NCBI GenBank assembly: GCA_965202585.1 | Contig: OZ241831.1 | Location: forward strand, 36,828,001 to 36,892,000 | Length of the DNA stretch: 64,000 bases | Source: Thalia democratica | Taxonomy: Eukaryota | Direction: 5' to 3' | Part shown: positions 12,471 to 27,002 of the stretch, one piece after another | Layout of the letters: the number at the start of each line of letters is the position of its first letter | Numbering within the stretch: the stretch's first letter is position 1 | Position numbers and translations under genes: made by a program | Notes under the pieces: generated by a model | Seen by the model: only the letters and a program-made list of their open reading frames with translations | Told to the model about the DNA's origin: nothing | The model's database searches: none

Positions 12471-15015
12471 GACTAAGATAGAGTAGTTGACTAGTAGACT
12501 TAATTGTTCAAAAGTAACTAAATGTTGTAGCGCATTGTACTTATGTAAACTTTAAAGCTTTTTTTTTTTATTAGTGTCAAATTTACAACTAATAACTGAC
12601 TTTGATATTTCCTTTTGAACTCGTTTAAATTTACATTCTTTAGTCTCTTATAAAACAAGTTTTAAATCTCTCAAAGAGCAGAAAATTTTAATAACACAAA
12701 TTTATAGTTATTGTTTTTTATTTTATTTTAAAGGTTAATTACTGAAAGGATTAAGTAAAGTACTTGTACATTTAACCGCTTGATTTGTTAATATCACACG
12801 TTAAGTTTAAACTTTTGTTTTGTACATGTTGAAACTTCTAAAAACCACTTCTAAGAACTAAATAACCTAAGTAATTTTAAACTTCTTGTTTTAACTTTTT
12901 TTGTTAAAGTTTTACTTTGCTCTTTTTAATAGATTTCTAAAAACCTGTTCAAAAAGCTTTAATTTAAAGAAAAACGCTAACTAAAACCAACTTAGTTAAC
13001 AGTTCTTTATTAATGTACGATTTTGTTTTTAGAATTAATAGTAACAAATGATGTTAGAAATAAGTAGCTTATAAATTATAAGTGGCTAACAAATTACAAA
13101 TTTTTTCTTGTCTTAAAAGTAAACTCTAGTCAAACTTTCATATACATGAATGCTTACTTAATAAATATTTTTACGTGGCTTGTGATTAACTGGTATTAAT
13201 GAACTTAAATAAACTATACTTTTTACTATTCTTATTGCAATTAGTAGCAAACTTTATTGCTTTAAGGACAATTAAAATGGTATTACTTAATCGTTTAAAA
13301 GTTTAACTCGTTTTAGTATATGCAACTTACCTTAAATATTCGCTTGTATTATTTGAAGAAATAAGGTATTTCAAAATTTAAGCAGAAATGCTTAAAGTTG
13401 TTAAAACAGTTAAATTGTAAGTTGGTTAAATGTAAAAAACTGTAAATATAGTAGATGGATCCGAATTTAAGAAAGTTATTGTTACTTTCGTTACTTAATC
13501 AAGTTAAAGTAACTAAATCAAACAATAAGATTGTTTATGAATGCGAAGGTCTTTGAAATATTTAAATCTCTAAATAATACCAAATCAAAATTATATTTAA
13601 TATAATATCACGCCATACCGTTTCTTTGAAAGTAGTAGTCGATTTTAACAAAACTAATTTAACAACATATTTCGCTTCATTTTTACTCTTCGAATAATAA
13701 ATCTAATTTGAATAAAATAATTTAATCAAGCTATCAGTAGTTTTAGGACGTATTTAAACATAAACATTGACTTTAATAACAAACATGCAAGTAGAATATA
13801 CTTGAGGACATTAACAATACTTTAGAACTTCATTTTGAAGTTAACTACTAAGATATTCTAAGGCAATATTAAAGTTATGGCTAAAACTGTATAACATAAA
13901 ACGTTTTTATTCATTTATAGCATACAGTTTTTGAATTAAATTAAATTTATTAATAATGAAGCACCTTATTTTAAGCTATGAGAAGCTAAAAAAACGAAAT
14001 ACATTACATATGAGCACACAAAAAGTTAAAATGTTGAACTAGTAAGAAAAAACCTTCATATAAATTTAGAAGTTTAGAACTAACTAAAACCATAAAACCC
14101 TAATACAAGTTGTCTGATTCTTAAATTTTGTCAGATTAGATTTGGTTCTCAAAAATCACGATTTAAGGAACATAAAAAACCGATAAACTCAATAAGAGGT
14201 CGGCAAACTGCTACCCTCCATAAAAGGAGTTATGGGTCGTAATGTGTTTTTAGCGAAAGAAAATCTACATGAGAGTTTTATAACTATTTTAAAATCAAAA
14301 AAAAAAACAATGAACTATGCGCGCTTTATACGAAATAATACCTAACATATATTACAGTTTTTGAAATTTGTTATTAAAAAAAAATCATGAGATTCAAGAA
14401 AACGAGCTTCAAAAGTATAAATTCTAACTTGTGGAGGCCTTTAATTATGCCTTTTATTATGTCATAAAAAGCCTACTTAGTTAAGTCTGACATGTTCTTT
14501 ATAAAATGATCCTGACTTAGACAAAGTGTTCATTAATGAAATTCTGTCTAGATAAAAGCACTTTGATGTTTATTATTACTTTACATCCTAGTATGAAATT
14601 GATTTTTATAACCAATAGTAGACGTTTACAAAAATAGTTAATATTCCTATATGCTAGATACAAAACTTTTATCTATCTTAAAGATAAAATTGTCAAAACA
14701 ATTTTTAAATACGAATAGTTTAATTTTTACAGGCTTTAATATTACTTTTCGTTTCCTTAACTTGCTTAACACTGTTAAAATATTTTGAGTAGTTAGTTAT
14801 CTTTTATGAAATTGTCTTAAAAGTAAATTTATTTAAACCTTCTGTAAAAATAAACGTTTACTTGATAAATTATATTTGTACTTTTCTTTTGAACAAACAT
14901 AACAAGTAAGTGTGAAATAACTTATACTAGATTCAATTTAGTAATATTGCAGCTAATAGTCAAGTTTATAGCCTAAAAATAACTTTAATGACTTTAAAAG
15001 TTTAAATCATGCTAT

Positions 15016-15373
15016 GAGAACGGGTCTAAATTGCACGAAGACAGAATTGCACGAAAATATTAAATTACACGAGGGGACAAAATTGCACGAGTGCACATAG
15101 TTGCACAAAGCAATAATTGGACAAAGAAGATTTTGCACCAAAGGTCAATTTTGCACGAGAGTAAAAAACCAGAAAAAAAAGAAAGATAATTTAATAATAA
15201 AAAAAGTTACTGACCGAGGGTAAGTGCTAAAGGTATGAAAATACATTTTGTGCAAAATTATCTTCGTGAAATTTATTCCCTCGTGCAAAAGTGTTTTCGT
15301 GTAAAATTATTTTTGTGCAATTTCGTGCACTCGTGCAATTTTGTACGCTCGAGCAATTTTGACAACTACTCTC
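15016..15373. mobile_element. MITE/foldback-like element with inverted arrays of TTGCACGA subterminal repeats
   Basis: Left half has repeated (t)tgcacga, right half repeated tcgtgcaa. Termini GAGA...TCTC with imperfect TIRs. No coding capacity; no clear TSD. Confidence 0.75.
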
Positions 15374-16390
15374 ATGATATATATGTGTTGTATTTGTGAC
15401 TTTTGCAGCTTAAATAAGATTTTAGCTGGTTTTATTCAGAAAAAGTAGGTTTCTTATATTTTTATTAGAAAATCTTAAAAACTTAAAAACAAATTGTATT
15501 GCAAATTTCGCGAAACTTAAAAATACAAAATTTTAGAAGTTTGGTTTTATATTTTGATAAGTTTATTGTAACTTAGTTTTATAAACTTTTTTTTTAAATT
15601 CAAATATACAGAAAATAAGCATGTATAGTCTTTTGAAAAGTTTTAATTACTAAATAAACAATTTCAACTTCTGTTCTAAATACAATTCCATTTCTTAAAA
15701 AATACGGCTAAGCTTTAAAGTTTATGGTATATCATCATGGAATTTTTTTACTTTCAAACTAAATCTTTTATGAAAAAAATATTTTTGAGTAAAATAAATT
15801 ATAACTATCTAAATAAAATACGTAAAAAGTAATTAAAATCAAGCATTACCACAACTTATTATGACTTTTAAATTTAAGAAACTACTTATACATATTTGTT
15901 CTACAAAATGATAACAGTTCTATTTTTTACTTTTATTTATCTTAAAATATTCTAGAGGTCTAAAACAACACAATAAAATATAATTTAACCTAAGTTATGA
16001 TTTGTAAAACTTTGTCATATGCAAAATATGAACTCAAATATTGCCAACAAAAACTAAGGACTTTGCTGAAACTATTAAAAGTTTGCTGTAAAATCTCCCC
16101 TTAAGCTTTAAGGGGAATCAGTTCCAAACAGGCTGGGTAATAAGCACACCACAGGATTTTCAGGATCAACTATGTACTGATTTGTGTGCATCTTACCACT
16201 TCTCAACTTTTTCCTATACTCTCCCAAGCAATAAGCATCAAAACTAAAAAGGATATTCACTAATGAGTTATTTTTAATTAAGTGTAGGCATAAGATAAAC
16301 AGTATTTTTCTATAACGATTAAAAAAAAGAAAAATAGTTTATAGGTGTAATTTATTATATTACTTCATTAAAAAACAACAAAAAACGATC

Positions 16391-16480
16391 AAAACATTCG
16401 GTCTTAGCATCTGGTGCACGAGGAACCTTTCGGTTATCAACTCGAACACAACGAATACCTTTTAAAATGTTATTCAAGAC
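16391..16480 (-). repeat. Dispersed ~95-bp repeat family, copy 2
   Basis: ctggtgcacgaggaacctttcggtt core; similar to 12375-12470 and 61371-61465. Confidence 0.65.
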
Positions 16481-16553
16481 CTTTTATTGCTTATAATTTT
16501 GTGTATAAATTAATTTTATATTCTATAGTAAATCGATTGAAAATTTTTATAGC

Positions 16554-19500
16554 CTAACGAACTATGTCTTGTGTTCTTGTTAAAAGTAACATTAAAGCTC
16601 TTGAAATTAAAATATCTAGCTTGAAAAGAAAAACCGGTTGAAGCCTTTTAAACAATAATTACCATATTAATTTAGATTTTATTTCGTTGATTAACTATCA
16701 AAACATTGTATTCTAGGTTTTAAGTTTTGCCCTAATCAACGAATCTCACCTGTTTGTAAGGTTGAACTTGTGTTTATACTTTTCATAACAACTGTTTCCG
16801 TGCTTCTTTTTAAACATATGTATGCGGACTCTAAGAGCCCAGCTGGATATTTCAACGATCTGGGACGCCTACATTGTTTGTATAAAATTTAAAAAGTTAT
16901 TTAAAGTTGTTGTACATATTACGCACAACTTAAAGTTTTGGATGATAAAATGTTAAATAAACTAATTGATAAATTTCTCGACATAACATTCATTATTTAT
17001 ATAATATAAAACAGTCTATAAATAGCTTTAAAGAATTAGTTACAAATTACCTTTGAATCTATAGTTGCCGTATATTTAGCACTACTAAAACAATGAAAGT
17101 TAGAAAACTTAATTTCCATCACTTAGAATTTACAATAAAGAAATGTGTATTAAAATCTTACTGATTCGAAGACAAAATAAACAGTCAGTAGTCTTGCAAA
17201 ATTATCTGGTTTTGTTTCAAGAGCATCAAATTTTTGTTGTAGGAAGTTGTAATACTTTGGCAGGTTGTCCAACACTGAATAATCCATACTCTTTTCAAAC
17301 AACTCCCCTCTCTTTAAATTTTAAGCAAAAATTTATAAACTATATTTTGCATTTTAATTTAATTAATCTGAATGTATTTTAATTTGTGTTAAGCAGTTTA
17401 GTAGTATAGTTTGTAGTAAAAACATTCTAGAAGATACTGTAGCTTATTATTATTGTAAGAAATTACTGCATGGATGTTTATAAAACCTTTAAACTGTATC
17501 GAGTACTGCAAAACGTTTTATTAGATTAAAAATTAAACAATAATAAAATCTTACCTATAAAATTACTTATCTGTTTACCAGTGTATCGAGGTAATTTTTA
17601 ATTAAAATATAACTAAACGGATTAGTAATTTTAAAAGTAAGATTTTATTATTGCCTAATTTTTAAACTAATAAAACTTTGCAGTACTCGAATACAGTTTA
17701 AATAATTTATCAACTACTTAAATAAACTGGTAAATCGTATGAATTAAATTAAGTACTAAATAACGTAATTTATAAAACATTTAAACTAGTATGAATTCGT
17801 GTCAGTTAATGTGTGAGTTCTAATGTACTTTAAAATGTAAACAAATTTTTAAAAACTTACTATTGCTAAAGTTCAATAAAAACCAAAATTAAAATTTTTC
17901 ATACCTGACTACCAATAATTCTTGGGTTGTTAAATCTTTCATTTTTTAATCGGTTTATACTTTTCTTTCTCGTTTGAGTCATTTCACATAACGAAGTTGG
18001 ATCATGTCTTGTGAGAACTCCATAGTACAAATTTGATTGGTCCATATCACTTATATACTTAATTGATAAGCGAACTTTTTCATCCACGTCCTTATTGGTT
18101 GGTTTTGTTACAAAACAGCAAACAAAATTTATTACAGCTTATTAAATTGAATATATGAAAATATTTCATGTAAAAAAGATAACATTTTATTTTAAGCTGA
18201 TAATATTAAAAGTTTAGATAGTTTGCAAAAAACAAAGCCTTTAGAACAGGATTTCAAAAAATGGGCTCTTACAGAAATTTAGGGCCATAAGCAGCAAAGG
18301 GACCAAAAGGGACACAGAGATATTCTGGAGTTGATTGTGAATAGAAAAAAAAAGTTTACGTCGTATAAAGCGATAATTGTTTTAGACATTTTCGCGGGAT
18401 GGGCTATAGCTTTTTTTATTTTTTTGTTTCAGTAAAGGAGGTCTTATGAAAAATGTTTTTGAAAATCCTGCTTTAAAAGCTTACAAAGGTAGTTATAAAA
18501 CATTTAAACTATTAAGTAGTTTACTACTGTTATACTAAACAAATTAAAAATAAATTGTTTTTATTTTCAAAACTTAACATTACTAGAACTATTTTATTTA
18601 TTTTAATAATAGGTAGTTAGATTGATAAAAAATGTATATAACATTGTATAAATATTGTATAAAAGGTCTTTGTATAGTTAAAAATTTTATACTCTATGTT
18701 AAAAAAATAAAATAAAATCTTTTAAACCTCTACTTTAATACCAGTCAAGTTTGTAAATTCATCATTTTTAGCTTGCTTCAACTTATCTGCCTTTTCTTTT
18801 ACTGACTTATAGTAAGACTCGAATAATTTCATTTTGCTAAGATTCCAACCAGCTGGATCGTCTTCAGCAGCAGAACTTGTTTGAATTATGTCAAAATGAG
18901 CATTTAGATTGCGGAGAAAAACAATAAAGCTACAAAGTTTTAAACTTATGAGTAAATGTAATTAGATAACCAACTTTAAAATCTTTAAATTTTTTTCATA
19001 AGTAGAAATGCTGATACTAAAGTACGTATTTAATACTGATATAAAGCTTAGAAAATTTTTTACAGAAAACACGATCTTTTATTTTTACAAGTCATAGTTG
19101 TGTTTTTATAAAATTAGTACAATGACAAAGTAGATAAAAAATAAAAATATTTATGAAGCACTTAGAACAATGAAAAATAATACAAATTCAATTAAAATTT
19201 TATCAACAAAGGTTGATAAAAAAGTTATAAATTACATAAGTTAGATGTAGGCTTTACTTTATGAATACTTTTAAATAATTTTAATGAGATTAAAACTAAT
19301 CGTAGACAAAACTATAAATATAAAAATTGACCAAGGTTAAGTTAAATTTTGTATCAAAAAACTAACTTGACCACTTGCTTCTGCATTTGTTCATCCATGA
19401 TGAGTTGAATGAGGTCTTCGTGAATTATGACGTCATCACCCCTCATACGCGCGTTTATTTGCGCCAGTTTGAGCATTTGGTCGATTTGCTGTGAAACAAT

Positions 19501-19599
19501 TCGTTCCAGGCGGAGTAAGGTGTTGCCGTCTACAGTTTCGCCTGACGTCCTGCATATTATCTGCATCAGCTCCGTTGACAGGTGTCCGTTCGATGCCAT
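16554..19599 (-). CDS. SPT3: SPT3/SUPT3H-like histone-fold SAGA subunit, divergent, 6 exons, about 337 aa
   Basis: Phase-consistent exons 19599-19367, 18929-18742, 18137-17905, 17311-17162, 16868-16750, 16644-16554. N-terminal fold STELMQIICRTSGETVDGNTLLRLERIVSQQIDQMLKLAQINARMRGDDVIIHEDLIQLI matches the TAF13/SPT3 pattern (M..SGE...E.IV..Q...ML..A...RG...I..EDL..LI). The second half (SLCEMTQTRKKSINRLKNERF; DNFARLLTVYFVFESASQIVEISSWALRVR; RLQP) resembles the SPT3 C-terminal fold. Confidence 0.7.
17488..17702. mobile_element. MITE-like palindrome with ~80-bp TIRs in a SPT3 intron
   Basis: Left arm tttaaactgtatcgagtactgcaaa...aaaatcttacc is the near reverse complement of the right arm gtaagattttattattg...ttgcagtactcgaatacagtttaaa. 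Both ends are TTTAAA. Confidence 0.75.
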
Positions 19600-22500
19600 T
19601 GTATTTATTAATTTTATATTGCTTTCTGAAATATTTAAATTAGTTTCTCTTTGAAATAACATTTTGTTAAACTGGTATCTTATTATTATTGGTTGTGAAC
19701 TAACCACAATGTTCAGTAACAAACTTTTTCTTATGAAAACAATTAAAAACAAATACTTATTACCATTTTTAATAGTTTCTGCAAATTTGACAAATAAATA
19801 AGTTAAAAATTTTTTTTTGTGAAAAAAACATGAAATACTTATTTACCACTGTTACTGTAAAAAAAAAGGTTTTTGCATACAAAAGACTGTTTCTATTAAA
19901 TTTTGGTTTAACATCAGTATTAAAACAGTTCTGCAAAACAAAATCACTAAAGTAGGTAAACTTAGTTTTGTTTTTATGTTTTAGTTACTTGTAAGCTTTT
20001 ATGACTTAAACTATTTTTAAATCTGTAATTACTTTTTTTTATAGTTACTTTTTGTATCTTAAAAACATAAAAAGTATAAATATTTTTATAACAAATTAAG
20101 TACATAAACTAATACTACATTTTGATACAACCTCTTTGTATAATATGATAAAACAGTTAAAACTTTATAAAGTTTGTTTGTCTAAAGTTAAAGACTTATT
20201 CTAAATAAACTGACCTATTTAAATATTTTACTATTTTAAGCTTAACATTCTTACATATGTTACTAACTTAATCCAACAGACTTTTTATTTTCAAATTGCA
20301 ACTTAAAAAGTGCAAAACAAAATTTAAAAAGTAGTAATTAGCTAGCTTACTGCTGTATTACTTAAGCTCATTTAATGACTTTAATGTTATTGTAAAACAA
20401 GAAAACTACTATGGAATTTTGAACAATGAACAAAATTAGCTAACAATAACTACCTTATTGTTTGTAATTCTTTTGTATCTATCTGTGGTCAAAAGGTTAA
20501 TAAACATTACTTTTAAACAAATTAATAAAACTCAAGTAATAAGTAAATTATTGCTTTCTTAAAGTTTAATTTTTTAAGGTTAAATATTAGTGGTATTAAT
20601 GGTTTTTTTTTTCAGTAAAAAGTAAACAAAAAATTTTTTTTGATAACATTTTACATTTTAAAATAACTATTATTAAAGTATCTACTTCTGATATTAAATA
20701 ACAATTTTATATACTTTTTAAAAAAACAAACTTTGCAAATATTGTCATCTATTTGATAACAAAGAATTTTCAAACTTAATGTTATTATGTTGCACTATTT
20801 ATAAGAAAATAACTGACTTTTGAACTTTTGTTTTGTTTCAAATCAGTTGGCACAAACTTGCTAAGTTAAAAAACAAACAACACAAAAATAAACTTGTTTT
20901 AGTTTGTTATTTTTAATAACTTGAGCTTTATAAAAATGTGTTAAAGTATTATATTATTATTGCAAGTTTTTCAAATTTATTAGTTTTTAAGAATAGATTA
21001 AATGTATTCATTTCACCTTATTAAACTAATCTTTTTAAAACTGGTTTCTTACAAAGTTGTTTAGATACTTTTTAAAACTAAAGTGTTATTATACCAGTAA
21101 GCAAAAAGTAACAACTAAAATATAAACAAAATTTATACAATTTATTGTTAAAAGTGAATTATGTTCATGACAGCTTAAACGCTAAAAATTGTTTTATTTT
21201 GATTTTTTGTAAAAATTTAATTTTATAAGAACCTTTAAAATTTTTCTTAACTACTGTGAACAAATGCTTTTATAAACTTATAGATTTGAAAACTTTTTTA
21301 CTTAATTAGATTATTAACAAACTGCACTAAAATTTAAAATAATTATTAAGTTGAAGTTTTGCATTAAACGAATTAAAAGTTATCACATAAAACTCCAACT
21401 TCAGCAGAAAAGAAATATCAATATTTTTGTTTTTACAAAAATTTTTGTAAGAGATTTTTTTTTATATTAAAATTATTGATTGACAAACTTATTTGCATGT
21501 AATTATTTATTAATAATTATTAAAATATAAGGATCAATAAACTTAATTTATTTAGAAAAAAAAAGTTAAAAAATAATCTACATACAGTTACAATATAATT
21601 ATTTTTTCTTTAGGTATTCTAAAAAGAAGCATACTTTAAACCTCAAAATTTAAATATACCGAACCCTGATACATATTTGTTTTTTTATTAGCATATTTGT
21701 TTTAATTAAAAATGTTAGTTAATAAAGTATCAGTAAAGGTTTATATTATAACTATTTTGGTCATAAATTAGTATTTTTCTTTATTCAAGTACAGCTTGTT
21801 TGCATAACAAATTTAAAGTTTTAAAATAGGGTCTCCCAAAGTGGGCTCAAAGGTGACAAAGGAGACAAAAAAAGGGGGGAGGTAATTATCAGTAAAGGAG
21901 CCACATGAGGCCATGAAGTCATAGTTTGAAACTTACACTAGACATTCTGGAGTTAATGAAGAAAAGTAAAAAGGTCGTAGGGGTTTTATGGCACTTTTCG
22001 TGTTTAGCACATACGTGTGACTTATTTACTGAATTGGTTTATGTATATTATAACATTAATTTCGTGTTTTAAAGCTTTTAAAAAAAGTTTTACAAAATAG
22101 TTATTAAAAAAATAAGAAAAAACAAGTTTTACAATAAAATAAGAAAACTTTATTTAGTTTTCGTGCATATTAATAACATAAACACCAAGAAAATTTTCTT
22201 AGGAAAACACTACTATGAAAATTACGAAAGAAAGTAATATCTACTGTAAACAATTACTATTTGTTTTATCTTTCAACTCAAAGTATAAAAGTTAATTTAA
22301 AAGCTTTTCAAAGCTGGTAAATATTTTAATCATTTGATAAGTTATATTATTATTGAAAAAAAGGTTTTAAAATTAGAAGAAATTGTTTTAGTTTTAAAAT
22401 TACTGCAATCTAAGTAATACTTTGAGCTACTAAATATAAACTTTAGTTATATTTAGCTTGAAAAACTTTAACTTGCTTTAATTAAATATTTTATTTAAGG

Positions 22501-24039
22501 AATTTGTTTAACTTCTAGTAGTGTTTATATTGATTACAGCTAATAACTTGGTTTTAGTAAAATATATTGAGTTTCTGATAAAATTATTGAACTAATGCAG
22601 TTTATGTTCAAAAATCTTATGTTCTTATGTTTTAAAGTAACTTAAAGTTAAATTTGAGCGACCTTTTTTGTCTTAAGATGTTTTATAAATATATTTAACT
22701 ATAAAGTGATTTTAAACTCACCTTTAACATATTTTCTTTTAGAGGATACAACTTTTTTAAAATATTTTTTTGCTAAGATTTTAAAAAATTTTCACAAAAA
22801 TAAACCTTACAAAAAAAAGCTTTAGTTGCCGTTGACGTTTTGCTTAAAAAATCCTTGTTAAGACATTGTATTAGCATTATGTAAGCTAAAAAGCACAATA
22901 ATTCTTGTTTATGTGTAGGTACGTACAATGGTACAATATTATATCATGCTCTTTTTCTGATATTTTCAAAGATATTTAAAGAATAGGGTTTATTTCTAAA
23001 CTTTTTATACTTTTTTTTGTAAAATGCTAAATGTTATATATTTTTAGATGATTATAAAACTGTTAATAATTATTAATTTAACTGTGAAAATAAATCAAAC
23101 TATTATGAGTACATTAAAAAAGCTAAAACTTGTACTAATAACTAGCAAATAAAATTTTAACAATAATTTCTTCAAAAATTTTAAAACAACTTAAAAATCT
23201 CCAAATAAACTAACACCTAAAAACTTAACAAACTTTTCAAGAAACCAAACATGAAGTTTTAAACAAACTCTCGTAAAAATATATGTAGAAATTTCTACTG
23301 TTCAGTATTCATAAAAATATAGAATTATTAATAGATCAGACTTAGTTTAAATTATAAATTCTGGAATTCAAAAAAAAGACCAAAATTTTTACCTTACCAG
23401 CGCAGCATAGTTTAAGAATGTCAACAACAATGATATTTAATTGAATATAATTAATAGTATTTAAGTTTAATTTTAATTTAAGTTTTTAAGAAAAATAAAC
23501 AACTATTAAAGATTAATTAAGCTGTATGTAAAAACTTGCATGTTTTTACAAACAAACAGATAGAAAGTTGGTTGTACATTAAATTAAGCAACAGGAACTA
23601 CTTTCTATTATTGAGTGTTTATACTCACATCACTATATACTAATACAAGTTTATTTACAGAATGTTTTGTCTAAATAAACTTTGTAGTTAGTGAGAGTAA
23701 CATTAATTTGTTTAACTTGGTTTGTGGTACAAAAATAGTACTAAAGAAATTTAGCTTTTGTATAAATCTATTCAATATAGCCTTTTTTCTTTATTTTATT
23801 ATTAGATTTACTTTTTAAATTTCTTTAACGGTGAAATATATCAGCCTCAAATTTTTTTAAATAGATATAATTAAAACATTAAGAAAATAAGTTGAATTAG
23901 TTCTGTTACCATGTTTTAAATATAGTAAATAAAGTTATAAACCAATATATATTTTAAATTTTAACAAACAAAATACTTATGATCTAAACCTTAGAATAAA
24001 ACACGAAAATAAACCTGAGTATTAAACTCAAGTTTAGGG

Positions 24040-24985
24040 CGAACGTATGTAACATGAAGTTTGTGCAATCTTATATAAATAGTTGATATTTTCATTCTAT
24101 TTTAAATAATTGGAAATATAAATTCCTAAATCTTTAAAAACTTTAACTTCTGGTAACTTCGTATTATTGATTAAGATGTCAGTTGGAGAAGATTTTTTTT
24201 GTTAGTTGTTAGAATTTTACATTTGCTAGGATTTAAGTTTAGCTTTCTTGTTTTTAATCATAAGTAAATATTATCTAAAGATAGTTGTAATGAAGTATTT
24301 GACTGACTAAAGATTTCGGCATCATCTGCAAATAAGCTTAACTCACTTTTAATATCAATGTTTGAACAAATATCATTAATATAAATTAAGAAAAGAAGGG
24401 GGCCAACTACACCATCTTGTGGTACTCCACTTTAGATTGTTAAAAAGTCAGAAAGCGTATCATTGATGAATACTCTTTGTGATCTATTATTCAAAAAGTT
24501 ATCAATCAATCAATTAAGTTTTCATGTAGCCCATACTGTTTTAAAGTTTTTAATAATCTTTTGTGTGATACTGAATCAAAGGCTTTTTGAATATCCGTAT
24601 AAACTACTTTAGTAAATTAATTTTTGAGATTAGGAACTGACCAAGAATGTAAGCATGTTAACAGTTGAATAGTTGATAAGCGGTTTGGGACAAAACCAAA
24701 CTGTTTGTTAGTTAATAATTTGTTATCAAAGAGGTGATTGAGAATTTTCACAGATACAATATGTTCACAAATTCTTGAAAAGCCTGTTGTTAGAGATATT
24801 GGTCTGTAATTTAACGCATCGTGTATATTAACTTTCTTGTGCACAGGAATAATAAAAGATGTTTTCCATTGTTTAGGAACATCAGATAAGGTTTTTTGCA
24901 ATAAACTGACATTGTCAAAAATATTCTCCATGTTTTTCAAAAAAGGGTTATAATTATTATTTTTAAATTGTTTCCGTTGCAAAAA
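24040..24985 (-). pseudogene. Degenerate non-LTR (CR1/L2-type) reverse transcriptase fragment
   Basis: Collinear RT motifs across stops and frameshifts: VPKQWK, YRPISL, QFGF, YTDIQKAFDSVSH, RSQRV, SGVPQDGVVGP, YINDI, LFADD, LNPSKC, KDLGI. Confidence 0.9.
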
Positions 24986-27002
24986 GAAATTATGATGATC
25001 TTTATTTTTTTTGAAAGAAAAAAAACGTTCTATAAAGTATAATCGAAAACAAAAACCCAGTTAAATAAACTGCTGTAATATTTAAAAAAAGAAGGATGTC
25101 TATGCTAAAGTTGGGCATAATTACTAATTAGAAAAAGGGAAAAGTTATAATTTTCTGTGCTGAAATAAATAATACTTAATTTAACGCTAAAAAGTTTGAA
25201 TAAAAAACAAAAATCAAAATATGTCTTGGTAATTTTTCATTTTCAGAATAATGATTAGAACAATAAATGGTAACTATACTATATACTGGCTAAACAAAAA
25301 TTAAAGTAATCTAGACTATTAAGCTATAGTGAAACTTTAAACTAAATTAAAAATTTTTTGTAAGTTTGAATAATGTCTATTTAAACAAACTTTTTTTTTT
25401 GTAAACAGTCTTTTGTACATTTGTCATTAAGTTTAGTTGTAAATTAATTGTTGTCTGATTAAACTGTATAAAACCAAATTGTTGCTGTAAACTAGCGTAA
25501 GACAACATCATTTTAGTCGGCTGGCCAGATGTAGAATTTAGTTCTAGGTCGGCCAGATAGTTTAAATTTCAATTTGATACTTAATCTATTCAATATTTTT
25601 TCATTATACCTAGCGAGAGCTTAAAATCTCCCTTAAATTGTACTTATTTTGCTTTTCATCTGCGAGTCTATGAAAATCTAGTTTAACTTTCAATACTTTG
25701 TTTAGCAGGCCACGTTTATATGCTCATGTGCTACAATTTACCTTTTTGGGACCGGAATCCACTTAAACGTTAAAAACATTTGCGAGCAAGTCATTTTCAG
25801 TTTGCGGGCCATACGTTGCAAACCGCTACTATAAGCAGTTTGAATAAAGCTGTCTAAACTATATGAAATAAAGCCTATTTTGGATTGTTTATTCTTTTGT
25901 ATTTTTAAATTTCTTATTATAAATTATAAAACGCAATCAAAATAATCAAATTAAGCAGGTCAAAAAAGCGAGTTATATTAGCTTAAATTAATGTAACGCA
26001 ATAAGAAACGTTTAATTTACGGTCGTAGGGTCGTATTAACCTTTTTTTTTCAGTTTTATTAGAAGTTCAATTTTTATACAGGTGAAACTAATAGAAACCG
26101 AAAACACAAAAACTTAACATCATTTAATTAATTATACTACAAAATTGTTTTAAAACACATCAAGAAACATCATTTAAAATAACTTAAATAAAATACTAAA
26201 AGTAATATTTAGTTGAAAACTAGTATCACATTTTAGTTATTATTTTACATTAAAGAGTTTTTAAATTTAAAAGCTTGCTATATACGGTTTTTTTCTCTTA
26301 AATAGCAATTTATAAATTGTATTCAAAGCTTATTTTAACGTATTTATTTATTCCAAAATAAACTTAATTCCTCTATTACAATCGAAATGAAATAAAATAC
26401 ATAAGTTTAAACTATTTGGGTAAAAACATATATTTTAAGTACTATTACATATACAATAAAACGCTTTGACTAAGTTATTTTGTTATTAGTCTGCAATTGT
26501 TATAGTACAAAATGTAACAATATCTTCAAGATAGTTTTATTCGAAGATTACACCCAAAAGCAATAGTTGTATGTAAAGCTTTATATACATTAAGTTTTTA
26601 AAATTGTAGAATTAGAAGAAACTTTTAGCTAATTATGTGTCAAAACTTTTTGTTTAACTTCGTATTTATGTAGTTAAGACCTAAAAATGTTACTACGTAT
26701 ATTGACTAAACAGTTTTTAATATATTTTGAGTACATTTAAAAAAGTTCAGGTAATTTAAATTATACAATATTTTAAAATTAATAAGAGATAATTCATACT
26801 CTAAGTAATTAATAATTCATAACAATATAACTTATTGTGTTGGTTTGATTTTAAAAGATGTTAAAATGTTGTAATTTTTTATAAAAATAGAAACTATAAA
26901 TAACAAGTAGATCTAAATTAATAAAAACTGTTTCTTTTATTCACCAAATTTTAAAGATTGCTTAAAATTTTTAGATTACTGGATTCTATTAAAATAAAGT
27001 CT

